A stretch of 32,581 nt of DNA from positions 12,532 through 45,112 of the forward strand of contig CAJFCJ010000128.1 in the NCBI GenBank assembly GCA_904063045.1, in the 5' to 3' direction. Positions within the stretch are counted from its first letter, which is position 1; each line of letters begins with the position of its first letter. The notes beneath the pieces were generated by a model. The model was not told the DNA's origin, did no database searches, and saw only the letters and a list, made by a program, of their open reading frames with translations. The position numbers and the translations under genes are program-made. Below, in pieces: positions 22,500 through 32,581 of this stretch. This stretch comes from Dimorphilus gyrociliatus (Eukaryota > Animalia > Annelida).

Positions 22500-24180
22500 C
22501 TAGTTTTTGATTAAATATCTATTGTAACTAAATGATGATTATTGGTGTTATTTAGATTCTTAAAACCAATTTTTTTGATATTATCAAGTTGTTTTGTAAT
22601 AGGAAACTCTATTAAAATCCTCTCTTCAAATGTTTTTCAATACCCAATTTTTACTATTCTATTAGAACTTGAAAACCAAAAATTTGTCTAAACATTACAT
22701 TGAATATTTCCATCAATTGATGTAGAGTTTGTAAAATTATAAGCGTTACACTAATATTTATTAGTGAATGTCTTTAATTCACTATTATCATATTTATCCC
22801 AAACAATATTTGCGAATAACCCATTTTCATCGTGTATTGAAAGATCAAAATCTCCACATGAATTTTGGCCAGAACTATCAGCTGTAAAATTTTTACAAAG
22901 AATACTAAATTTAAAAAAACTAAAATTTCTATGTATATTTAATGGAAAAATGTAAAAAACATAGAAATCATTTTGTATATCATATACTTTACTGGGTTCA
23001 ACTGAAAAAAAATTGAATGAATTTGGTGAAAATACAAATCGGATATAAAAAAAACTAAGATATTTATACTTTCCAAATACTTGAATTTCATCAAATTCTA
23101 AATAACCTGGAGAACAATTTGGTTTCTTTGTTATAGTAACTGTTTTTGATTTTTCACAAAATATTCAGTATAATTAAAACATTGAATTAATTTTGTTAGT
23201 TTTGTTGTCTTAATTTCTGAATAGCCAGAGCTCCATGTTACATTAAGCTCTGAAAATGTTCTATAATTTGTTGATGATCTAAATATAAAAAGAATAATAG
23301 TAATAATGATAATGATGATGCAGTGATCAACCTACTGGAAAGGCAACATATTACAGGAATTATAGCTTTTTCAAAGTATACAGTAATGACAACTCAAATA
23401 CAGCTACTTCCTATACATTCTTATGATATTCATCTTCGCCCACTGATCTTGCGCTAATTAAATTTAAAGCCATATCACAACTTCTCAAATTATCATAAGC
23501 CACTGTCGCAATACACGACGTTCCATTTACCAATGATGCTGAATTCGAATAAACAATTTTAGATAATTCCTGTTCAAATGTCTCTTCTGTACGGATAGTA
23601 AAATGAAGTGAAATTTAGTAATATTTAAATATACTGTTACCAGTATACGAAAATAACATTATTCCTCCGAATAGCTTATTTCCGGTAACTGGATTCTGCA
23701 AAAATTGTTACTTTTACAGTTTTCCATCCTATACCAATAACATCTTTCAATAGAAAACAATTCGTGTCTTTATCTTTATCAAGTCTTACATTAAATGTAA
23801 AATTGCTATTAATTGTTAATTGAATATCAACGGCTGTTTTGTTGTCTGAAGCGTGAGCTTTATTAAAGCAGAAATCTACAATATCGTAGGCTTTCTTAAG
23901 AGTAATAAATACTTTATCTTGTAAAATTTCATCACATTTCCTCAGAATAATTCTGATTCTCTTTTTATCAACACTTCAACATATAGAACATAATCCATCT
24001 AGAAAAGAAAGAGCTTAGTTTGCCTTAAAATCAACTTCGAGCTTACCTGATAAACAAGCCCAATGGACTTTATGATGACAAAGTGACCAACACCTTGCTT
24101 CAGCTTATTAATCTTTTTCTTACATCCAAAACAATACGGTAGCATTGTGGCAAAAATCTCCTTCAAGCTTCTTTAACCTA
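22500..24180 (-). pseudogene. Decayed multi-exon extracellular-protein gene (F5/8C-like and possibly PAN-like segments)
   Basis: Retained splice sites (tcag|GTAAGC, tctAG, act g|GTAACA, tacAG). Motifs RCWSLCHHKVHWACLS, FITLKKAYDIVDFCFN and LEFDEIQVFG, interrupted by many stops. Confidence 0.4.
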
Positions 24181-24324
24181 TTGGCAGGAATTTAAAAATA
24201 GTCCGAAATATTCAACCTTTTAGAAAAAACTGGTGGAAAATTTAATATTAATATTAACTACTACAAAAAATTTTTAAATTAACTTATTCTATTCAATTTA
24301 TTAGTATCATATATTTAAAAACTT

Positions 24325-24369
24325 TTTGGCCGTTTTCTGTCCCAGTTGGGGCCATTTTCTGTTAATCCC
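24325..24369 (+). repeat. Two tandem right-end TIRs of the telomere-motif MITE
   Basis: ttttggccgttttctgtccc agttggggccattttctgttaatccc. Confidence 0.55.
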
Positions 24370-25414
24370 TTTTTAAGTTTTCCTTCTAATTATTTTTTTT
24401 TAATTAACTTTTATTGTATGAATGTTTAGAATAATTTTCTTTATTCCCCAATGAAAATATATATTTTATATTAACATTTAAAAAATGATTAATTCAGTTT
24501 CTATCTATTTTTTAATTAATTGTCTTTACAAAATAAAGTGTGGTTAATTCTATTTTATACCTTCCTATAAATTGGAGAAAATGTCCTTTGAGTGAGTGCT
24601 GATGACAAAAAAGAGTATTGTTATCGAATCCATTTAAAGATCTTGATCTGTTGTCTCTGATGGACCCTGAGAAATATATTTTCTCGTATCAAACAAGAAA
24701 CTTGGTAAGTTAATCTTTAAGATGAATATAATTTATGTTTGCCAATAAATAGTCTTTATAGTTCGATTAATTCTTAAATGGCGTTCATTCAGTTTATTCA
24801 GCAGAATTTTTCTGCAAAAGGATAAGTAATGTGTTAAATGTGGAGCAAAAAAACTTAAACAGTGATATTTTAAGAGAAATTTAATATTAAATTTAGTGAA
24901 TATTTAGTTGTGAATGAGATAATGAAAGTATTAGAATTAACGCCAAATAACAAAGCATTGAAATAGATTGAGCAGATACGTCACATTTGTGACTAGATAC
25001 AAAAATACCCATAATTCTTTGCTCTATTTTTCCGAATTTTAATTTAAACTTTTTTTATATACAGATCAATATTTATTCAACGTCAAACCTAGAATATACA
25101 TTTTCTATATAGAAAAACCATTTGATCCTGTCTAATTGTTTTCACTCTTTAGAAAAGTGTTCATTATAGATTTATCGATAGATCAATTGTTATTTAATTA
25201 TTTATTTAAGATCAAACAATAGATGGAGAGAAGGGATGATTGGCTAGAGGTAAGGCAATTGATGGATATGCCTTTCCTACCGTAGGATTCTACAATAGAA
25301 TGATCAGAAAAATGGCATTAATAAAACATATTGGCATATTTTAATTGTAACTTCTACTGTTTAATTGATTGGGTTGTCTGAGTGCATTTATTAGAAATAT
25401 CATTTATTTTTCAG

Positions 25415-25910
25415 AGGATTTTTCTGTAATTTCATCACCAACTGAATCAACAAAGCTCTTGTGCATTAAATATTTGAAGATTTAGAAAGACTTCTATCTT
25501 GTCCGGAAATAGAATCTTTGATCTTAACAGATGAAGCCACAACGGGAAAAGCAAATGAACAAAGAACAGTGAAAAGATATATGTCAAATATATTACATTT
25601 TACATTATACCAAACATTGATTTAAAAGTTTGCTTTATTTCACACAATATCATATAACAACACATGTTGGCAATCTATTACATAATGTCACGTAATTGTC
25701 TAATAGAACTCTGAACTTTCTTTAATACATCAGTTTTATTCAGAACAGAATCCATTCTAAAGGTTAGTATTCTGTGGACGAAATTGCGGTTGTATTTGGA
25801 CCAATACTTTGGCCAATTGATAATAAAATGAGCGGAAAGGACGAATACGATGAATATAGTTGTAAAGAACCAGAAATTCCTACAAGTGCAATACAAAAAA
25901 GTTCAGTAAC
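25415..25910 (+). pseudogene. RhoGAP-domain-like remnant
   Basis: NRTLNFL*YISFIQNRIHSKG*YSVDEIAVVFGPILWP matches the RhoGAP C-terminal pattern (N..TL.FL...L..V...N.M...NLA+VFGP.L). In-frame stops are present. Confidence 0.45.
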
Positions 25911-26594
25911 TTTAAGATTTGTTTATTGATGATTCATTTTAGACACAACAATGCTTTGTAGGAATCTAAATGAGAATATCTAACAAAATAACAATAGATT
26001 AAATTCTTTTTTGGATAAAATGCTAAAAAGGTTGACTGATATAAATGATCTATGGATGAATCATTTCTCTTGCTGCCTCCCTTTCTAGAGCCATTTTAGT
26101 GGAGTTGGTGTTCATGCCCTCTATGACCTTCAGACTCACGATATTACTTTGGAGGCACACAGCCAACGGAGCGTAAATCTTTCTACCCGCCACAAGCGGG
26201 AAGAGACCAAAATAATCCATTTCAATGTTCTCAATGATATATAGGTGGGCGTTGAGCTAGAAATCGTAGGAGGACAATCAGCATTCATATATTTATGCAT
26301 TCTCTCTGTACGAGAGATTTTTTTTTGTAATGTTAAATATTTTATTTCGGAGGCTACGGCATAGTTAAGAAAGCAAATTTTAGCACCTTGTGTCAAGCAA
26401 TTCCTTTTATCGTCACTCTGCTAATACAAAATATACGTGTAAACAAAATTTACTTAAAGAAAAAAGGGGTCGCTCCCTGAATGCTAAATTTAGACAGGGA
26501 AAACCATTTCTTCGAAGCTCTCTTATACTATTCAGTTTCTGATAGACTTTTGAACAATACACGAGTGTACAATTAATACAAGATCATATATGCA

Positions 26595-27099
26595 ATGATA
26601 ACCATTGCTAAAATGATATTACTTTTCACTTTCTTATCTTTATCTTTTTTATTGGATTTATTGCTAGTTTCCTACCGATTCTTTATCTAAGAATTTCAGA
26701 AAAACTACAACTTTCTCTAATCTATCTCTTTACTATTTTTCAACTTTTTTTACAGATTATACATGGTTGGTAACTTGCCAAACTCTGTTTGTAGCTTCTA
26801 TAATTGCAGTCCATATGTCGCTAGCCATTGCAATTACAACATTATTCCAGACTAAGACATCTAGGAATATTATAAGACTCATAAGTGCTCTGAACATTTG
26901 TGCATTTCTGCTATCATTATCTTGCCTCATAGTCTTTTTCAATAAGCCTGATGTAAAATATGAAAACAGAGGAGAAGGTTTCTACTTGGTTTGTTTATTT
27001 TCATTTTTAACTGTAATTAATGTTTTTACTGCTGATCAACTACCACAGACAATAAAGGAGCACAATTATTTGGGGCCGACAGAAAACGTCCCCAAGTGA
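26595..27099 (+). pseudogene. Claudin/PMP22-like tetraspan paralog, inactivated by a 103-bp deletion and a MITE insertion
   Basis: Near-identical to 28194-28815 but lacks the equivalent of 28316-28418 (extracellular loop 1 plus splice donor), which causes a frameshift. The 3' end diverges at cacaattatt into a MITE TIR. Confidence 0.8.
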
Positions 27100-27373
27100 G
27101 ATTTTTGATATTAACATTTCGGATTGAAAAATGGTTAGAACGAGTGAAGTAGCCATTGATTTGTAGGGATGCGACAGAAAACGGCCCCAAAAGCATGGTT
27201 TACCCTAACCCTAAACCATCCCTAATGTATCCGTAACCCTTTTTCATTACTCCTAACCCTTAGATGGGACCCCCTTAACTACAAATCAATAAATGCTTTT
27301 TTCCTCCTAACCATTTCTTAACCCAAAATGCTGCCTTCAAATATCCTTCTTGGGGCCGTTTTTTGTTGATCCC
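27072..27373. mobile_element. Compound telomere-motif MITE: truncated copy (27072-27165, +) abutting a full copy (27166-27373, -)
   Basis: ggggccgacagaaaacgtcccc... is followed by gggatgcgacagaaaacggcccc...ttaccctaacccta...ggggccgttttttgttgatccc. Confidence 0.8.
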
Positions 27374-27624
27374 ACTGAGCTGCTAACTTTGTTGTGTATT
27401 ATTTTTACTTTACTTTTTAAAAATTCAGATTTGAGTTTATGTGTTTTGGAGAAAACGAAAATAGGATTATTATGACTGACATTTACGATTTGTCAATAGT
27501 TTATGCTTCATTCCCAAGAATAAAGGTTAATACTGTAGCAAATTTTACGTGGGAGAAAATAATTCTAGGAATCGATATACCAGGGAGTTGCTTGAATCAT
27601 TAAACAAATTCTATAAATAGATTT

Positions 27625-27712
27625 ATCAGGAAATGAAACAGTCATTCCCAATCGTTTGTCCTCATATTTATTGCCAAACGATTGGGAAAGAATGACTGTT
27701 TCATTTCCTGAT
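27625..27712. repeat. 88-nt hairpin (34-bp stem, 4-nt bulge, 16-nt loop)
   Basis: atcaggaaatgaaacagtcattcccaatcgtttg pairs with caaacgattgggaa(agaa)tgactgtttcatttcctgat. Confidence 0.85.
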
Positions 27713-28193
27713 TCAATATTAGATAAGAATCTTATCTATTTTAATATTACTTGTTATGTAAATAAGAAAAAAAATCTCGCTATTACGCTAATTTATTGAA
27801 TTTCTATGTAGTATAAATTAATTTTGGAGAATAAAACGAAAAACAATTCTTGGAAAAGATAAAACTCAGAAATAAAGCAAAACTTTTCATTGTTCAGAAA
27901 AAGACAAATAGTATTTTCTTGTGGGGGCGGCGCTATTCAAACTTGATTTTATAAAATATAAAAGAATATTAATAACAATAAAAATTCGCTGGTTTCGTGT
28001 AACATACTTTGTATCATGCTATTACAGAAAAAAATATAGGCCTAAACGTAATAACTAAAGAAAATATGTCACAATTTAATGCTTATACACAGAGGCTGCC
28101 CATATATATAGATTAATTCTTTCGCGCAATTCAGTTTCCTGTAGGCTTTCGAACAGTGCACAACTGTACAATTAATACAAGATCATATGTGCA

Positions 28194-28815
28194 ATGAAAA
28201 CTACTGCTGGAATAGTATTACTATTTACTTTCTTATCTTTATCATTTTTTATTGGATTTATTGCTGGTTTCCTACCGATTCTTTATCTAAGAATTTCAGA
28301 AAAACTACAACTTTCAATTGGACTTTATAGAACATGTGCTTACTTTCAATTTGAATGGAAATGTCTCTATTTGAGTATTAATAATCAGGATAATTTTTTG
28401 AGTAAGCTGATGTTTTTCTCTAATCTATCTCTTTACTATTTTTCAACTTTTTTTTACAGATTATAATTGGTTTACAACTTGCCAAACTCTACATGTAGCT
28501 TCTATAATTGCAGTCCATTTGTCGCTAGCCATTGCAATTACAACATTATTCCAGACTAAGACATCTAGGAATATTACAAGACTCATAAGTGCTCTGAACA
28601 TTTGTGCTTTTCTGCTATCATTATCTTGCCTCACAGTCTTTTTCACTAAGCCTAGTGTAGAATTTGAAAACAGAGGAGAAGGTTTCTACTTGGTTTGTTT
28701 GTTTGCATTTTTAACTATAGTTAACGTTTTTACTGCTAATCAACTACCACTAAAAACGAAAGAGCACAATTATTCAAATATAGAAAAGAATATTGTATAC
28801 ATGATCGACCAATAA
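28194..28815 (+). CDS. Claudin/PMP22-like four-TM protein, 187 aa, two exons
   Basis: Exons 28194-28401 and 28460-28815 (58-nt GTAAGC...tacAG intron, phase 1). TM1 is followed by GLYRTCAYFQFEWKC (GLWxxC...C-like loop 1) and three more TMs. Confidence 0.78.
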
Positions 28816-29547
28816 ATTTAAAATGTTGTACAAAAAGTGTTTAAATGTTGATTGAGATTTGTTCTTTTTTCCTTGTCTCTTCACTTTTCATGCAAATGTT
28901 AAAGGAATTTTATGGAATTGCAGAGTATATAAGTTTTGATTAAATTAAATTATTGACAATAAATATATTGGTAATTGTGAACTTAAGACTATAATTTAGA
29001 TTTTATATATGAATGATTGCAAGACAATCAAGAAAGTTGACTTTGATGTGCATTATTTTTTTTGTGACTTGATTTTGGTTATATTGGAGAAAAGTCAGAT
29101 AGGACTATTGTCACTAATATTTATCATTTGTTGATGATTTGTTTATTTTTTATTCGCAAAACAAGGGTTAATGCTCTAGGTAATTATGCGGGGGCTGCAT
29201 ATAATTCTAGGAATCGATATAGTAGGGAATTCTATGAATCATTAACATTCTATAAATAGATTTATCCTCGTAAAGAATGTATATACTAAAAAGATCACTT
29301 CTGAATCGTTTAATATTATTTTACTCAACTCAATAATAAATCAATAGTTTTTTTCTTATGGAGGCTGCAACATTCAAAATTTGATTGAATAAAATATAAA
29401 AGAACATAAATACCATAAAATTCCTATGTAAACTTGACTTATATTTTATTATTAGCTGATTTTAGAAGCCGTTAAAACAGAACATGCACTGAGGCTAAGA
29501 GTTGGCCTAACATTAAAATTGAATTGATGCAGTATGAAATTGTAACA

Positions 29548-29754
29548 GGGCCGACAGAAAATGTCCCCCAAATGAGATTTTTGAAAGCAACATTTCGGAT
29601 TGAAAAATGGTTAGGAGGGGTAAAGTAGCTTTTGATTTGTAGTTAGGGGGGTTCCATCTAAGAGTTAGGAGCAATCAAAAAGGTTAAGGAGAGACAAGGG
29701 TTAGGTTAGGGTTAGGGTTAAATCATGAATTTGGGGACGTTTTCTGTTGTATCC
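29548..29754 (+). mobile_element. Telomere-motif MITE, full copy with 10-bp TSD
   Basis: TIRs gacagaaaatgtcccccaaat/atttggggacgttttctgttg. Internal gggttaggttagggttagggtt. Flanks aattgtaaca at 29538-29547 and 29755-29764. Confidence 0.85.
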
Positions 29755-30106
29755 AATTGTAACAGCTGCTAATTCGAGGTTTGACATAACGTTGAATATA
29801 TAGAAAAAATTCGCATGTTTCTTTAAATATATTTTTTGTATCATTGCTATTAAAGAAAAAACATATAGTGTACAACTTTGGTTATATTTTACATGCTTGA
29901 ACTCTATTATTTGATGCAACTTATACATGTACATCTTAAAACCTACTCAAGAAAATGCTATAACATTGGCCAAACATAAGTCTGATTAGTCAGCTTGAAG
30001 GCTCATCTTTAATTACCAATAAAGGTTTGGCCAAGTTATAATTTAATTAACTTGCCTAGGGTGTGGCCAAGTTATAATTCAATTAACCTTCCTAAATGTT
30101 GAACCT

Positions 30107-30427
30107 TGTAACATCCTGTTACTAAAGATAAATATGAACTACACATTTTGGCAACTGTAAAGTGATGATTGGATGTCAGAGGCAAACCTCAAAGTATATA
30201 AATCCTCACTATTCTCATTTGGCATGCAGCTTCCATCTGGACCGAAGGACCTGGGAAAATCCTCTGGAAACAACCTCCACTGGAACCATCCATTTACTCC
30301 TCAACATTACAAGACAGTTTGGTAATTTGGCAACCTGCTTTTACGAACTATCTACTCTGCTATCGAACTCTCATATTGTTACTTGCTTAAGTATTATTAT
30401 TGCGAATAAACCATTTTAATTTAAACA
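30107..30427 (+). mobile_element. Possible solo LTR
   Basis: Starts TGTAACA, contains TATATAAA and AATAAA, and can end in ...ACA. A partial second copy is at 17382-17471. No TSD found. Confidence 0.35.
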
Positions 30428-30580
30428 TTTGTTTAAAGGTTTGAGTAGAACCAGTATTGTTATAACTTGCAAACGCAGAGATTTTACCAGCAAGAGCAGT
30501 ACAATAGGCCTAAAGAAAATAGACTAAACAAAAATATGTCGCTCCCTGATGTTTACACACAGACAGTGCTCTTAAATATA

Positions 30581-31900
30581 TTAGGTACAATCTAAAAGTT
30601 CTGCACATTTTTTATTTATTTTTATAGTAGTTAGGTTGTTTTAATAATTTTTTTTATATTATAGCCTATAGTCTACTCTAGAAAAATTAACTATTCTATT
30701 CCTTAATAGTTCCCCCATTGTTTATACATGTCTGCCATTTGGATGGAAGTAGATCTATCCCATTCTGATAAAAGGAGGATGGTTTTCTCCTCAAAAATTC
30801 CTTGACATCTTTTTTTAGCTCCTCCAAATTTTCATAATCAACTCCTCTGATATGATCTTTCAGTCATCCAAACAGGTAAAAATCAGATGGGGCCAAATTA
30901 GGGCTGTATGGGGGATGTGGACAGACAGACCATCCCTGATTTCTGATAAAATCAGTTGTGTACAGATTGGTATGGGGTCTGGCATTATCATGCTGTAAAA
31001 TAATCTGTTTTCCAGCCCTTATCCTATGCAATCTCCTCCTTAGCTCTTTGGGGTCTCCACATACTGAATGGAGTTGACTGTTTCACCATAATTCATAAAT
31101 TCAACATGGATTAATCCTGAATGGTCCCAAAAAACTGTGCACATCAGTTTTTCAGCTGATTTAGTCATTTTTAGCTTTTTTTCAGGTGGCAATGATGTAT
31201 GTTTGTAGGTTAGGGAAGCTCTCTTTGATTCAGGATCATAGAGATGAACCCAAGATTCATCCCCAGTTACTATTTTTTCTAAAAATGCTTCTTTTTCTGC
31301 CATGTACCTATTAAGTAGTTCAATGCAATGGCTCACCCTTACCTCTTTTTGATCCTGATTAAGATCATAGGGAATCCATTTAGCACAAATTTTCTGTACC
31401 CTAGCTCCTTAATCATCTTCCCAACAGCCTCTTGACCAATATCTAAGTTTTTGGCAATTGCTCTCTGAAATGTGGTTCAATCTTCCCTGATAAGCCTATC
31501 AACTGATTCTTTATTTTGATCTGTTAGAGCTGTCTTTGGACAACCAGATCTTGGCAAGTCTTTAAGATTTTTTCATCCTTTTTTATTTTAATAGCCCACC
31601 TTCTTACTAAGATTCACTCAGAGTTTCATCCTCAAAATAGCTTTTTAACCTTGTGTAAATATTCTTTGAAGAGGCCTTCTCATGGACTAAAAATGCAATA
31701 ATTTTTCACTGATCGGAACATGTAGACATGACCTGCTGTTGTTTGCACTGAAATAATTTTGTAATGGCTTGACAGAACCAAATGAAATTTTCACAATGAA
31801 AGTTTACAGATGAAGTAATAGATTTGGAAAGTATCAATAGTATTACTTAGGCCGTTTTAAAATTACAGCAAAATGTGTAGAACTTTTAGATCATACCTAA
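30581..31900 (-). mobile_element. Full-length (1320 bp) inactive mariner (DD34D-type) element
   Basis: 31-bp TIRs TTAGGTACAATCTAAAAGTTCTGCACATTTT (3 mismatches to the right end), TA duplication on both sides. Motifs WIPYDL, IVTGDESWVHLYDPESK, LQHDNARPH and HPPYSPNLAPSDFYLF, with frameshifts and stops. Confidence 0.92.
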
Positions 31901-32206
31901 TATTTAAACTATTTCGCTTATTCAGTTTCAGATAGACTTTTGAGCAGTGCACAAGTGTACATAGTCTCTAAGGCTTTTTCAATTCATTGCTTTCCATTGA
32001 CAAACTGGATATATGTAAATTTGATAGTAAAACTAAAACAGGACCAGTTGAAAGGGTCTGCAAGAAAAGTAAAAAGACTTGAAAATGTTTTTTTTTCTTA
32101 TGAAATCATAAAAAAGACAAGAAATGAAAAAGATAATGAATGGTTAATTTGTAACAATTTATTTTGTTTCAAACTGATAAAGTAAATGAAAATTTGTTGA
32201 TTAAAT

Positions 32207-32581
32207 TTATGTCAATTTGAAAAGTATAACTTGGAACAAATATCTAAGACTTCTGAACATGTTATCTGCCCAATTTTGAAATTTTCCCATTTTCCCTTCT
32301 ATTACCAGTAACTTATGTAGTGCTCTTCTTACTTCCAAGTTTCTTCTTTCTACTATGCCATTGCTTTGGCTATGAAAGGCTGTAGTTTTGATTTTCCTTA
32401 CACCCAGGGATGTGACAAGCTCAACAAATGTCTCGCTTAGGAAGTTTCTTCCTTGATCAGTTAACACTTCCTCTGGTAAACCAAAATTAGGAAAATTGTC
32501 ATAAAACAAGTGTTTTAGTATCTCTTCTGAAGTTTGTCCCTTAAGAGGATACAGGTTTGTAAATCTTGACATGTGATCTAC
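32207..32581 (-). mobile_element. LTR-retrotransposon (Ty3/Gypsy-like) integrase core fragment, continuing beyond the window
   Basis: SRF...FGLPEEVLTDQGRNFLS...TTAFHSQSNGIVERRN is the rve D,D35E core. Confidence 0.85.

Noticed and set aside
25678-25896. Minus-strand 72-aa hydrophobic ORF
   Set aside because: Better explained as the antisense of the RhoGAP-like remnant on the plus strand.
26100-26400. GC-richer segment with an EETKIIHF motif and a minus-strand 86-aa ORF
   Set aside because: The resemblance to transposon-associated HEEADT-type motifs is too weak, and there are no termini or TSD.
30028-30094. Two copies of a ~31-bp unit with period 36
   Set aside because: A simple local duplication; only two units, no array.

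Overview
Strongly AT-rich metazoan genomic DNA. Introns are short (about 45-115 nt, GT-AG) and TTAGGG-type motifs are present. By inference this is a compact invertebrate (lophotrochozoan-like) genome; it resembles my recollection of the annelid Dimorphilus gyrociliatus, but that is not verified. The window is a dynamic, transposon-rich region of surface and immune-type genes. Apparently intact genes: an intronless rhodopsin-class GPCR, a hidden 3-exon 74-aa Cys-rich protein, a large SRCR-like/C-type-lectin/LDLa/LRR 7TM receptor (GRL101/LGR-like), a two-PAN-domain secreted protein enclosed by ~590-bp inverted repeats, a tandem F5/8C/fucolectin-like gene and a claudin-like tetraspan gene. Canonical splice sites can join the large receptor in frame to a degenerate kinase-like tail. 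Decayed genes include C1q, RING-coiled-coil-LRR, RhoGAP-like, F5/8C-like and claudin-like copies. Mobile DNA includes three Tc1 pieces (one DD35E), a full-length dead mariner, an LTR integrase fragment, and eight copies or fragments of a ~207-bp MITE carrying a telomere-like G-quadruplex motif. All domain calls come from motif recognition by eye; no database searches were run.
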